NCBI GenBank assembly: GCA_047973225.1
Contig: JBKEBQ010000023.1
Location: 1 to 64,000, forward strand
Reading direction: 5' to 3'
DNA from: Breznakia sp.
Lineage (GTDB): Bacteria > Bacillota_I > Bacilli_A > Erysipelotrichales > Erysipelotrichaceae
DNA length: 64,000 nt
The position numbers and the translations under genes were made by a program. Under the pieces are notes generated by a model, which was given only the letters and a program-made list of their open reading frames with translations, was not told the origin of the DNA and made no database searches. The first letter of the stretch is position 1; every line of letters begins with the position of its first letter. This document shows, in pieces, positions 1-10,321 of this stretch.

Positions 1-563
1 TGGTCATCGGTAAAATATTTTATAAAACCGATGTGCGAAACGCAGGTTCTGGAAATCTAGGTGGTACCAATGCCGGACGTTTGCTTGGAAAGCGTGTAGG
101 CATTAGCGTCATTATGCTTGATGCAATAAAAGTTATTGTGGCAGTCGGCTTTATTGCTATATATATTGATCCTATTGTTTCTATTTGGGCAGGCGTTGCT
201 GCAGCTTTTGGACATTGTTATCCCGTATTTGCGAATTTCCGCGGTGGAAAAGCGGTTGCAACCATGTTCGGCTTTTTATTTTCCATTGCTATTTTCACCT
301 TTCAAGATCCACTGGTTTTTTTACTACCATTCGCTTGCTTCGTGGTGAGCTTATTGCTTAGTAAAATGGTTTCTCTTTCGTCCATCATTGCAGCCATTGC
401 CTCAAGCATTTACATTATCACCCTAACAAATTATACATCTGTTCAAGTGGCAAGTATCTTACTTACCTTTTTACTAATTCATCGCCACCGTGATAACATA
501 AAAAGAATTATCGCAGGCAATGAACACAAAGTTGGTTTTTTAAAGAAAAAGAAGCGTTCATAA
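1..563 (+). CDS. plsY: Glycerol-3-phosphate acyltransferase PlsY (5'-partial, frame open to window start)
   Basis: GSGNLGGTN signature motif and multi-TM hydrophobic profile. The reading frame is open from nt 3, so the true start is upstream of the window. Confidence 0.8.
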   Translation, partial: VIGKIFYKTDVRNAGSGNLGGTNAGRLLGKRVGISVIMLDAIKVIVAVGFIAIYIDPIVSIWAGVAAAFGHCYPVFANFRGGKAVATMFGFLFSIAIFTFQDPLVFLLPFACFVVSLLLSKMVSLSSIIAAIASSIYIITLTNYTSVQVASILLTFLLIHRHRDNIKRIIAGNEHKVGFLKKKKRS

Positions 564-575
564 TTTGCTTCTTTT

Positions 576-2876
576 TTATTCTATTCCTTTTAAAGATTCG
601 ACCATGTCAATGTTTTTTATTTTTTTTGTGAAGATAAAATTGATGAAAAAGGTCAATATCCATAATCCACAATACACAACAATATAAGATATATTGGAAA
701 TATAAGGTAATAAATCAAAATCTTTTTGCATCGTCGATGTAATGCTATTGAGTAACCACCAGCCAAAAGGTGTCCCTATCGCCATTCCCATGAGCGTTAG
801 CCACAGATTTTGTATTTTAAAAATTTTGGCAACCAAAGAAATTTTAAAACCCAATACTTTTAAACTTGCGAACTCTCGACGTTTCTCATTCAAAGACAAT
901 TCACCCAGATTGTACAGCACTACAATACCCAAGAAAACAGAACCCAATACCATCACAAACACGATGGTATCAATGATTTCCAAAGCTTTTTTTAAATCGT
1001 TTTTGGCTTCATCAATACTTTGTAGTGATCCCACGCCATCCATATTTTGGATAATGTCTTTATCCTGCTTGCTCAATATATAATTAGCAAAAAATGCACG
1101 TCCACTTTTTTCATAGGCACGCTTATTCATCAGCATCCCTTGCCCCACAACCGTATGATATTTTTCACTAATGGTACTTGTTGTCCACTCCTTATCATTT
1201 GCCATTCGCCATTCAATGGTATCGTTGATTTCCACACCAAATGTACGCATCAATTTTTCGGAAATCGCAACATCATTGTCACCCAAACGCAAAGGCTCAT
1301 TGTTCGATGTCTGATAGGAAATATATGATTGGTTTTCAACAACGCTGATCATGTTATTTTCAAGAATATTGCCCTTTCGTATTTCAACGGGTTGCTGTAA
1401 AAAGAATTGGCCCTTCACCTCTTTCCTGATTTTTTCTGCCTGCTGGATCGTATCTGTGTGGAGTACGATCTTACTCTTATAGTGAATACGATCATCATAA
1501 GTGTTATCAGGAATGCTCTTCAGTGTATCATTTAATCCCAATGCGCAAAGAAGCAGCATGCAACTCCCTGTCACACCAAACAAGCCCATCAATGTGCGTA
1601 CTTTGTTACGCATCATATCACGCAAATTCCACTGCGTATAAAAACGAAAACGTTTCCACATTTTTGAGCGTTCAAGGATATTCCCCTTGTGTACTTTAGG
1701 AACTTTGATTCGTAAACTTTCGGCAATCACTTCTTTTAATTCATTGCGACAAGCGATATAGGTCACCACAACAATAATCAAGATAGCAATGATTGTTACT
1801 ATAATATCCCGCGAAGATAACATTGCCTGCATATCTGGTACGGTATAAATTCTATCCATCGTTAATAAAATTAAATTACCAATAAATTTTGGACCTGCAA
1901 AATAGCCCAGTACACCTCCCAGCACACTTACCCAAAAACTATATGATATGTAATGGATCATGATTTGTCTATTTTTAAAGCCAATTGCTTTTAATATTCC
2001 AATTTGGCTTCTTTGTTTTTCAACAATTCGAATCATCGCTGTCATCGTCGATAAAATCGCAATTGCTAAAAAAATAAAGGGAAACAAATATGACATCGTT
2101 TTCACTTGTTCTACTTCATCTTCAAACGATTGGTAACTATGGGTTTGCTGGCGTGTACGAATGACACTAGTATCACTATCAAAGCATTCCTTAAGCTTTG
2201 TAATCTCACTTCCTTTTAATGAATGCGTTGTCTGTAATGCCAAAGAAGAATATGCAAATTCCTCAGTAAAATCAAATGCACTGCTATGTAAATACGCATA
2301 GCCAAAAACATCATGATTTAAATATAAAGAAGTTCCATCAATAGAATATTGTACATATTCAGGGTTTGTTATAAATCCTTTGATTGTTTTGCTATCTATC
2401 ATCTGTTTACCATTCGCATCTTCAAATGGCAATGTAAACGCAATTTGCTCACCAATTTTCAAATTGTGGGCTTTGGCATAACCACTTTCTATATAAATTG
2501 CTTCTGCATCTTGTGTAAATGCTTCTCCTTCTACAACGACAACTTTTGAAATATCATTATTTTCGATGTAATTCAATTGCAAGGTTACATCTTTTGTTGT
2601 TGTAGCATCAAAGCGAAAGCGACGTTGCGTATCTTCAATAAATTCTAAGTCTTCAACACGCTGTAGCTCATCATCATTAAAGTTTGCCCCATATACCCAA
2701 GTATCTGCTAAAGCGCTCTTTTCATAATAATGATCAACACTCTCTTGCATCCCATACCAACTAGAATTGATTCCTGTGTAAATACCAATTCCTAAAAAGG
2801 CCATGAAAAAAATACACAAAAACTGCGCTTTGTATTCTCTCATATCTCTGTATAGCTTGCGCCACAACATCACCAA
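576..2876 (-). CDS. ABC transporter permease, FtsX/MacB-type (two FtsX-like 3-TM modules with large extracytoplasmic loops)
   Basis: 766 aa. An N-terminal TM is followed by a large loop and TM clusters, repeated twice. It overlaps the upstream ATPase gene by 7 nt. Confidence 0.75.
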   Translation of the reverse strand: MVMLWRKLYRDMREYKAQFLCIFFMAFLGIGIYTGINSSWYGMQESVDHYYEKSALADTWVYGANFNDDELQRVEDLEFIEDTQRRFRFDATTTKDVTLQLNYIENNDISKVVVVEGEAFTQDAEAIYIESGYAKAHNLKIGEQIAFTLPFEDANGKQMIDSKTIKGFITNPEYVQYSIDGTSLYLNHDVFGYAYLHSSAFDFTEEFAYSSLALQTTHSLKGSEITKLKECFDSDTSVIRTRQQTHSYQSFEDEVEQVKTMSYLFPFIFLAIAILSTMTAMIRIVEKQRSQIGILKAIGFKNRQIMIHYISYSFWVSVLGGVLGYFAGPKFIGNLILLTMDRIYTVPDMQAMLSSRDIIVTIIAILIIVVVTYIACRNELKEVIAESLRIKVPKVHKGNILERSKMWKRFRFYTQWNLRDMMRNKVRTLMGLFGVTGSCMLLLCALGLNDTLKSIPDNTYDDRIHYKSKIVLHTDTIQQAEKIRKEVKGQFFLQQPVEIRKGNILENNMISVVENQSYISYQTSNNEPLRLGDNDVAISEKLMRTFGVEINDTIEWRMANDKEWTTSTISEKYHTVVGQGMLMNKRAYEKSGRAFFANYILSKQDKDIIQNMDGVGSLQSIDEAKNDLKKALEIIDTIVFVMVLGSVFLGIVVLYNLGELSLNEKRREFASLKVLGFKISLVAKIFKIQNLWLTLMGMAIGTPFGWWLLNSITSTMQKDFDLLPYISNISYIVVYCGLWILTFFINFIFTKKIKNIDMVESLKGIE

Positions 2877-3574
2877 CTTACCTCATTAGCATTTTTTCGT
2901 ATCGTGTTCGTGATAATTTTTTCAATTACACCATCACGCAAATACACCACGCGATCTGCCAAAGCTGCAAAGTCAGAATTGTGCGTTACCATAATTACCG
3001 TTTTGTTTTGTTCTTTAGACATATTTTGTAAAAGCGATAAAATTTCTTGACCGGTTTGGGTATCTAATGCTCCTGTTGGCTCATCACAAAGTAAAATCGT
3101 CGGCTTTTTAGCAATTGCTCTAGCAATGGAAGCTCGCTGTTGTTCTCCTCCTGACAATTGTGGTGGAAAGTGATTACTTCTTTGCGCCAAACCCACCATT
3201 TCCAGTGCCTTTTGGGGATCCACATAATCAGATACCAATTCTTTATTTAAAGCCACATTTTCATAGGCACTCAGGGTTGGAATTAAATTGTAAAACTGAA
3301 AAATGAAGCCAATATGTTGCGCTCGATATTCACTAAGTTCATTTTCTTTTAAATTCGATATATCAACTCCCTCTACCTTAACACTCCCCGTACTAGGCGT
3401 GTCAATCGCACCAATCAAATTTAAAAGTGTGCTCTTCCCAGAACCACTCGGTCCTAAAACAACAACCATTTCTCCTTCATAAATTTCTAAATCAATATGA
3501 TGTAAAGCTATACAATCTTGTTCGCCGACATGATAAATTTTTGAAATATCCTGCATCTTTAATACTGTTTTCAC
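2870..3574 (-). CDS. ABC transporter ATP-binding protein (MacB/LolD-like)
   Basis: Walker [10 protein letters not shown], signature [14 protein letters not shown] and Walker [13 protein letters not shown]. Confidence 0.85.
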   Translation of the reverse strand: MKTVLKMQDISKIYHVGEQDCIALHHIDLEIYEGEMVVVLGPSGSGKSTLLNLIGAIDTPSTGSVKVEGVDISNLKENELSEYRAQHIGFIFQFYNLIPTLSAYENVALNKELVSDYVDPQKALEMVGLAQRSNHFPPQLSGGEQQRASIARAIAKKPTILLCDEPTGALDTQTGQEILSLLQNMSKEQNKTVIMVTHNSDFAALADRVVYLRDGVIEKIITNTIRKNANEVSW

Positions 3575-4290
3575 AAAACTCCCCCTTTTATGCGATTTGT
3601 TTCCTCTATTGCATTGGCATATTCTTCTTTTGATATCAGCTCTAATTCCAACATTGACGATAATACTTGACGCTGTCTTTGATACGAGCGCTCATCTTGA
3701 TTGCTAAGTGCATATATGGAAGGTGCTTGAACAAGCCCTGCCAGCATACTGGCCTGTGCCAAACTAAGCTGTTTTGGTGAAACATTAAAATAGCCCATAC
3801 TCGCCTCATAAATACCATCAAAACCATCTCCGTAATAATTTATATTGATATACATTTCTAATATCATATCTTTCGAATATTCACGCTCCAACCGCTTAGC
3901 GATGAAAGCTTCACTCACCTTACGAATACCATCATTGTCTTCAGCAAAATAAAACTGTTTTGCCAATTGTTGGCTAATCGTGCTACCACCTTGACTTCCT
4001 TGCTTTGAAATATTTACAACCACTGCACGGACAACACCAATGTAATCAATGCCATGATGGGAATAAAATCGTCGATCTTCAATCGCATATACCGCATCTA
4101 CAAGATACGGATTCATATCTTGTAGTTCTATATAATTTTTCTTCGCTTGTAAACTTTGCACCATTATGTCGAGTGGATTTGCATCCAACTGATCACGATA
4201 TCCCAAATAACCAAGACCAACAATACTAATGGCAACCATCAGCATCATGCAAAGAATAAATAACAACAAACGCTTACATAATTTTCTCAT
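3571..4290 (-). CDS. Monofunctional biosynthetic peptidoglycan transglycosylase (GT51)
   Basis: N-terminal TM anchor followed by EDRRFYSHHGID and GGSTISQQ glycosyltransferase-51 motifs. Confidence 0.75.
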   Translation of the reverse strand: MRKLCKRLLLFILCMMLMVAISIVGLGYLGYRDQLDANPLDIMVQSLQAKKNYIELQDMNPYLVDAVYAIEDRRFYSHHGIDYIGVVRAVVVNISKQGSQGGSTISQQLAKQFYFAEDNDGIRKVSEAFIAKRLEREYSKDMILEMYININYYGDGFDGIYEASMGYFNVSPKQLSLAQASMLAGLVQAPSIYALSNQDERSYQRQRQVLSSMLELELISKEEYANAIEETNRIKGGVL

Positions 4291-4394
4291 ATATCTATTA
4301 TATCACGTAATGAAACGAAACGTTTGACCCATTTATGCAAGCAGATTTTAACATTCTTATCCCTAAAAAAAAAGAAAAGCACAGTTTCCTGCAC

Positions 4395-4628
4395 TTAACG
4401 ATTTGCATTTACAGATTTCATAATCTGTTTAATCTGTGATTCTGACGGTTTTCTACCCATTTGTAGAAACATTGCACGAATCATTTTTTCATTTATTGGT
4501 GGGTTTTCTTTCAGTTCTTTTTCAAATTTTTTTCTTGTGAACCAAAAACCTGCAAACCCTCCAATCAGTAATCCCACTAGTAAACTAAAGATTCCCGTCC
4601 AATCCATACTGTAAGCCTCCTTAACCAA
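4395..4628 (-). CDS. YneF/UPF0154 family small membrane protein
   Basis: 77 aa with one N-terminal TM helix and a conserved basic/acidic tail (…FLQMGRKPSESQIKQIM…). Confidence 0.55.
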   Translation of the reverse strand: MVKEAYSMDWTGIFSLLVGLLIGGFAGFWFTRKKFEKELKENPPINEKMIRAMFLQMGRKPSESQIKQIMKSVNANR

Positions 4629-4685
4629 GTATATTCATTATACAAATAATTATATTGCTTTTCAATAGTTTTCCTACATTATGCA

Positions 4686-5264
4686 TTATGTTTTCATGTG
4701 TTTCTTAATAATCAAACCAATATATTGCGCTGCCAACTCAGGATCATCATTACAAACTACATATTTGTAATCACTAATTAACTTCATTTCATTTTCTGCT
4801 TTGGCCAAACGCTCTTGAATGATTTCTTCGGCTTCACTCTTACGTCCACGAATGCGGTTTTCCAATTCTTTCATCGTCGGTGAAATCATAAATATACTAA
4901 TCGCATCGGGTACTTTTTCACTTACCTGTTGTGCGCCCTGCACTTCAATTTCAAGTACTACATTTTTTCCCTCATTACGCAGTTTTTCAACTTGAGATAA
5001 TGGTGTTCCATAATAATTACCAACAAATTCTGCCCATTCCAACAAATCCCCTGCTTCAATTGCCTTCTCAAATTCTTGTTTACTCACAAATAAATAATCA
5101 ATACCTTCTTTTTCGTTTTGTCGTGGCTGTCTTGTCGTCATGGAAATAGAATAGGTCAAGTGTAAAGATGCATCTTGCATAAAATACTCTCTGACCGTTC
5201 CTTTTCCAACCCCACTAGGTCCACTGATGATAATAAGCAATCCTTTTTTCATATTGTTCTCCAT
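4686..5264 (-). CDS. gmk: Guanylate kinase
   Basis: P-loop GPSGVGKGT and the guanylate kinase motifs TTRQPRQNEKEGIDYLFVS. Confidence 0.9.
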   Translation of the reverse strand: MENNMKKGLLIIISGPSGVGKGTVREYFMQDASLHLTYSISMTTRQPRQNEKEGIDYLFVSKQEFEKAIEAGDLLEWAEFVGNYYGTPLSQVEKLRNEGKNVVLEIEVQGAQQVSEKVPDAISIFMISPTMKELENRIRGRKSEAEEIIQERLAKAENEMKLISDYKYVVCNDDPELAAQYIGLIIKKHMKT

Positions 5265-5488
5265 CTAATGTGTATTATTATAGCATTTTCATTTCGATAA
5301 AGAAACCAGAAACCCGAGATTTATTTGCCATTTTACATCTATATGAAGGACATCATGGCATATCACTCAAAGCAAAAAATATAAGACGAAATATTCAATA
5401 CATGTCATACTTTATCTTTACAACTTTGCGCTCACATCTCACAAGCACATGACAAGTATGTTATAATAATTCATGAAATGGAGAGCGT

Positions 5489-7150
5489 ATGGCACTAGAC
5501 GGAATATTATTATACAAAATACAACAAAACCTACAGACGGTAATACCTGCAAAGATCAACAAAATACAACAAATTTCAAATGATGAGATTCTTTTCATTT
5601 TACGAAATCAAGCACATAATCAAAAACTTATGATATCGTGTCATAGCGTATACAATCGTATTCATATCACAACCAAAGATTATAAAAGTGTTGAACAACC
5701 CAACAATTTCGTGATGTTACTACGCAAGTATATTGATCGTGCCATTATCATCGCCATTGAACAAATTGGATTGGATCGTATTTTAAAGTGTTCGATTGAA
5801 GTTAAAAACGAATTGGGTGATTTTCATAACTATTATTTATATGTTGAATTGATGGGTAAATATGCAAACATCATTTTGGTAAATGACGAGCACAAAATTG
5901 TCGATGCACTAAAACGTATTCCAGGTTTTGAAAATACCACTCGTACCATCCATCCAGGTGCCATCTATACATTGCCAACGCCACACGATAAACAAAATCC
6001 TTTTGAAAGTGAGGCATATGCAATTGCATCATCTTTTGTACAACAATTCCATGGTTTCTCTCCTTTATTAAGCAATGAGGTGCAGTATCGTTTATTGCAT
6101 AAAGAATCGTTTTCTCACATTATGAAATCCATAAAAGAAAGCAATTCTATATATATAAGTGCATATAAAAACGATATTGCTTTTCATCTTTTGCCCTTAA
6201 TGCACTTACAAACTGCACAGCTAGAATTACCACTCAATCAAGCACTGGATTATCTTTTTTTTGATAAAGAAGAAAAAGTGCGTATCAAACAACAAAACGG
6301 AAATTTATATAAAATCGTTCGTCAAGAACTTAAAAAGAACAAAAAGAAATTAATAAAGCTTGAACAGACTCTTGCCAATGCCAACAATTTGGATATGTAT
6401 CGTTTATATGGGGATCTTTTGTATGCATATCCACAGCACCATAACAAACATGAAAAAAGCATTGAGGTCATCAATTACGAAAATGATTCTCCTATCCAAA
6501 TTCTACTCGATGATAAACTTTCGATAAAACAAAACGCAAAAAAATATTATATTAAATACAACAAGAGTAAAACAGCACAAATCGAAGTTCAAAAACAAAT
6601 CCAAACGACAACACGAACCATTGCCTACTTTGAAAACATAGAAATACAATTGCATAACGCTAATTTGGAAGATGCAATGGAAATAAAAGATGAGTTAGCA
6701 CAAAAAGGATATATGCGTAAACGCGTTGAGCGAATTCGTAAAAAAAAGAAAAATCAAAAACCTCATTTTCTAAGTTTTGAAGTTGATGATGTTTGTATTT
6801 ATGTAGGTAAAAATAATCTTCAAAATGAATACATTACCTGGAATCAAGCAAATCGAGATGATACTTGGCTTCATGTGAAAGATATGCATGGTTCTCATGT
6901 CGTTATTACAAGTAAAACACCAAATGAGAAAATATTACGCATAGCTGCAATGCTTGCAGCCTACTACTCACAAGCAAGACAATCCAGTAGTGTCCCTGTT
7001 AACTATTGTTTGATTCGCCAAGTACGCCGTCCTAATAGTGCTAGTATGGGATTTGTCACTTTAACCAACTACAAAACGATTTATATAGATCCTAGTGAAG
7101 CGACGATTCATGAGATCTTTATAGCCTATGCCATTACACCACAAACATAA
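5489..7150 (+). CDS. rqcH: Ribosome quality control protein RqcH (FbpA/NFACT family)
   Basis: NFACT-N domain, a central coiled-coil and the NFACT-R region …WLHVKDMHGSHVVI…. Length 553 aa. Confidence 0.8.
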   Translation: MALDGILLYKIQQNLQTVIPAKINKIQQISNDEILFILRNQAHNQKLMISCHSVYNRIHITTKDYKSVEQPNNFVMLLRKYIDRAIIIAIEQIGLDRILKCSIEVKNELGDFHNYYLYVELMGKYANIILVNDEHKIVDALKRIPGFENTTRTIHPGAIYTLPTPHDKQNPFESEAYAIASSFVQQFHGFSPLLSNEVQYRLLHKESFSHIMKSIKESNSIYISAYKNDIAFHLLPLMHLQTAQLELPLNQALDYLFFDKEEKVRIKQQNGNLYKIVRQELKKNKKKLIKLEQTLANANNLDMYRLYGDLLYAYPQHHNKHEKSIEVINYENDSPIQILLDDKLSIKQNAKKYYIKYNKSKTAQIEVQKQIQTTTRTIAYFENIEIQLHNANLEDAMEIKDELAQKGYMRKRVERIRKKKKNQKPHFLSFEVDDVCIYVGKNNLQNEYITWNQANRDDTWLHVKDMHGSHVVITSKTPNEKILRIAAMLAAYYSQARQSSSVPVNYCLIRQVRRPNSASMGFVTLTNYKTIYIDPSEATIHEIFIAYAITPQT

Positions 7151-7195
7151 CGAAAAGATATTTATTTAACTTGCATGACATATGATCTATTGTCT

Positions 7196-7229
7196 AAAAA
7201 AGTAGTTATTCATGATAACTACTTTTTTT
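7196..7229. terminator. Bidirectional rho-independent terminator between convergent rqcH and ppaC
   Basis: Perfect hairpin AAAAAGTAGTTAT-tcatg-ATAACTACTTTTTT with A and T tracts on either side. Confidence 0.6.
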
Positions 7230-7469
7230 GAGTATTACATTTCAATGTAGGAGGTTGCTTCCATTAAAATAACTTATGGTTTCAAATATGCTTGCATACA
7301 TTTTTCATAAACTTTTTTATACGCAAATCTCCAAATTACTTTCTTTAAGATAATTAAATTATCCTAGTCATTTTCTTCTTACCCTTTTTTGCATTTTTAA
7401 ATTGCATCGTCCAATACACCATTTCAACAAAAACTATTATTCTTCACTGTTTTCATCTTATCTCTTTTT

Positions 7470-9074
7470 CTATTTGATAAGCTGTGCAACTTTGGGAATA
7501 ATTTGTTTTTTTCGTGAAACAAGACCATTTTCATATGACTGTAATTGTTTGAATTCACTATCCAATAAGAGCGAAGACTTCCCCGTATAAATAAACTTAC
7601 TACCTTTTCCTTCCACATCAGAAAATGCCATCATTAGTATGTCATATTTTAACACCTCATTTTCTTGCATGAGAAATGCAAGAAAATCATCTTCAATATT
7701 TTCAATCGTTGACATATCATAAATATACGCTTGCCCAATCGCAATTTGTTTTCCAGAGATATCATATTCTTTAAAATCTGTATATAAAATATCACGATTT
7801 GACTTACCTTCAACTTTGGCACTTGCTTGAAACATTTCCTTTGCCAATAACTTCAAATCATAACCATACAACATTGCCAACTCATTCGCAACATTAATAT
7901 CTTTTTGTGTGCATGTTGGTGAATTAAAATTCATTGTATCTGAAATAATCGCACAACACATCAAACCAGCGATTGCTTTAGGAGGTGTTTGTTTATGCTC
8001 ATGATACATTTGGGCAACGATCGTACACGTACTTCCCACCGTTTGTGAGCGAAAAATAATTGGCTGATTCGTTTCAATATCACCAATACGATGATGATCG
8101 ACAATTTCCAAAATATCTCCATACTCAATATCATCAATCGTTTGGCTGCGTTCATTATGATCCATTAAAATTATTTTTTTGCGATTGTATTTTAATACAT
8201 GAAAACGTCCCATCGAACCAATTAAGAAATTGTTCATGAATACAGGATAATTTCGATACCTTGTTTTCAACATTTCTTTAGCTGCATCTTCCACATATTC
8301 ATTACCATTAAATCGTTGAATATTATCTGCACTTGACATCACCAACCCTACGGGGATGCTTCGATAAATCATTTGTAGAATTTTCATAATATTATATTGT
8401 GTTTTAATTAAGGTAACACCCAAAGCCATTGCTCGATCAATCACTTTATCACTTGGGATATATGCTTCCGCAATCGCAATTACGGCACAACCTTTTTCCA
8501 TACACGCAAGCATAATTTCTTCATTATCCCCCAATGCCATAATATTGCCCTTCAAATCACGTCGCATCAGCTTCTTATCGGCAATCCGCACGAATCCACT
8601 GCGTGCTAGATTCCCTTCGTAGATGAAATCACCTTTTAAACACTGGACCAAATTTAATAATGGTGTATCTTTCAATAAATCTTTGGTGATGTTCAAATCT
8701 TGCATTTGTATCTTTGAAATATCCGATAACGTCACCAGACCAATCAAGTTTTTTTGTTCATCCACAACATAAACGGTATGCGTATTGTATTCCAAACACA
8801 AATCCCATACACGACGTAATGTTGTATTTGCTTCTACTTGAACAGCCGTATCCAAATCAATTTCACGCAACGATGCCTTGGCACTTGTCAATAAATCAGG
8901 TACTTCAACATCGAATTTATCCAAAATGAATTGTGTTTCTAAATTGATTTTTCCCAAACGACTTGCCTTTGCATGAATGCCCAATTCATTTTTCAGATGT
9001 GCATAAGCAATCGATGAACAAATGGAATCACTATCTGGGTTTTTGTGCCCTGTAATATAAATAATATCTCTCAT
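7470..9074 (-). CDS. ppaC: CBS-domain-containing Mn-dependent inorganic pyrophosphatase (DHH-CBS-DHHA2)
   Basis: N-terminal DHH motif (ITGHKNPDSDSICSS). The central insert has the length expected for the paired CBS domains of this subfamily. C-terminal DHHA2 region. Length 534 aa. Confidence 0.7.
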   Translation of the reverse strand: MRDIIYITGHKNPDSDSICSSIAYAHLKNELGIHAKASRLGKINLETQFILDKFDVEVPDLLTSAKASLREIDLDTAVQVEANTTLRRVWDLCLEYNTHTVYVVDEQKNLIGLVTLSDISKIQMQDLNITKDLLKDTPLLNLVQCLKGDFIYEGNLARSGFVRIADKKLMRRDLKGNIMALGDNEEIMLACMEKGCAVIAIAEAYIPSDKVIDRAMALGVTLIKTQYNIMKILQMIYRSIPVGLVMSSADNIQRFNGNEYVEDAAKEMLKTRYRNYPVFMNNFLIGSMGRFHVLKYNRKKIILMDHNERSQTIDDIEYGDILEIVDHHRIGDIETNQPIIFRSQTVGSTCTIVAQMYHEHKQTPPKAIAGLMCCAIISDTMNFNSPTCTQKDINVANELAMLYGYDLKLLAKEMFQASAKVEGKSNRDILYTDFKEYDISGKQIAIGQAYIYDMSTIENIEDDFLAFLMQENEVLKYDILMMAFSDVEGKGSKFIYTGKSSLLLDSEFKQLQSYENGLVSRKKQIIPKVAQLIK

Positions 9075-9596
9075 CTAGTCCCCCTTTTTTGAAACCGTTT
9101 TGGCTGGTATTCCCACCACACTTGTATTTTCTTCAACATCCACTAAAACAACAGCATTTGCGCCAACTTTGGCATTTTTTTTAATAGTGATATCACCCAA
9201 CACTTTGGCACCAGCGCCGATTAATACATAATCTTCAAGGGTTGGATGACGCTTACATATAGCTTTTCCTGTTCCTCCCAAAGTAACACCATGATAAATA
9301 ATACAATAATCACCAATAACAGCCGTTTCACCAATAACAACTCCCGTTCCATGATCAATAAATAATGCTTTTCCTATGGTTGCACCTGGGTGAATCTCAA
9401 TTCCTACCCAATTTCTTGCAAAATTAGAAACAAAACATGCTAGAAAAAATAAATGTAATTTATACAGCTGATGAGCAATTCGATAAAAAAATAATGCTCT
9501 CATATGTGGATATAATAATAATACTTGTAGAAATGATCTCGCAGATGGATCATTTTTTCTAGTATGCTTCACGTTTTGACGAATACCCTTAAACAT
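9075..9596 (-). CDS. cysE: Serine O-acetyltransferase
   Basis: Left-handed beta-helix hexapeptide repeats [32 protein letters not shown]. Length 173 aa. Confidence 0.85.
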   Translation of the reverse strand: MFKGIRQNVKHTRKNDPSARSFLQVLLLYPHMRALFFYRIAHQLYKLHLFFLACFVSNFARNWVGIEIHPGATIGKALFIDHGTGVVIGETAVIGDYCIIYHGVTLGGTGKAICKRHPTLEDYVLIGAGAKVLGDITIKKNAKVGANAVVLVDVEENTSVVGIPAKTVSKKGD

Positions 9597-9965
9597 AATA
9601 TTTGCTCCTCAACAATATCAATCTCTTTATAACACTTTAACATTATGCCATAAAAGCAATAAAAAAGGTAGTTATAAACAATAATTATCCTGATTCCTTT
9701 TATCAACATAGTCGCTTTTAAATTCATTTTTGTGTCTCAATGTACGTGGAAAACGTCAGTTAAAACTGATCCTTACGTCTTAACGATCCTTTTTATATTT
9801 TTACAAGTATATGAAAGCATGATCGGATTTAAACCCTTTCTTTAGAAGCAGTTGGATAAACAACATTGCGATAAGATAATAAACATGAATCCATTCTGAT
9901 GTATTTTCAATATTTTTGAATATGGGTTGGGGGTGTGGATAAAAACTTGGACCAATATAATTTGT

Positions 9966-10244
9966 TTATACTAATCCTAGACTTTGCCTATATTCCATTG
10001 GTCTTCTATAGTTTAACGATTCTTTGATTCTACTATTGTTATACCAAGTAATGTAATTATTAATGATTTCTATAAAGTCTTCAATGCTTATATTTTTATA
10101 ACCATTGCTATAAAACATCTCATTTTTCATTCTTCCGAAAAATCCTTCACATGCGGCGTTATCTGATGAACAACCTTTTTTAGACATGCTCCTTATAAAA
10201 CCGTATTTTTCCATTCTTTCTACCCTAATGTTTACACAAACCAC
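9966..10244 (-). pseudogene. IS3-family transposase OrfB C-terminal fragment (rve integrase core tail); IS remnant
   Basis: …DNAACEGFFGRMKNEMFY…YNNSRIKESLNYRRPMEYR is the characteristic C-terminus of IS3 OrfB. Only about 92 aa are present, with no DDE core and no OrfA. Confidence 0.7.
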
Positions 10245-10283
10245 TATATACTATTCCTTTTTTAGAAACTTTAGCGATCAGCA

Positions 10284-10311
10284 GAAAACGCCAGTTAAAA
10301 TTGGCGTTTTC
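10284..10311 (+). terminator. Strong stem-loop (GAAAACGCCA-gttaaaat-TGGCGTTTTC) followed by a T-rich tract
   Basis: Perfect 10-bp inverted repeat immediately 3' of clpB. The T-run lies on the plus strand. A degenerate copy of the same sequence occurs at about 9751-9775. Confidence 0.4.
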
Positions 10312-10321
10312 TACATATTTT

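Noticed and set aside
136-348. 70-aa ORF overlapping plsY in another frame
   Set aside because: Entirely nested within a confidently identified gene and of low complexity. Judged a frame artefact.
742-2549. Several 66-113-aa plus-strand ORFs inside the minus-strand ABC permease gene
   Set aside because: Antisense to a long conserved CDS, with no RBS and AT-rich codon bias artefacts.
7402-7618. Two small overlapping ORFs at the 3' end of ppaC
   Set aside because: They overlap the ppaC C-terminus and terminator region, and have no RBS or recognisable protein features.
9597-9960. Possible T-box leader upstream of cysE
   Set aside because: No T-box core (AATTAGGGTGGNACCGCG, plus-strand CCACCCT) is present on the cysE strand in the 360-nt leader. 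The region is instead occupied by the IS3 remnant end and a degenerate hairpin.
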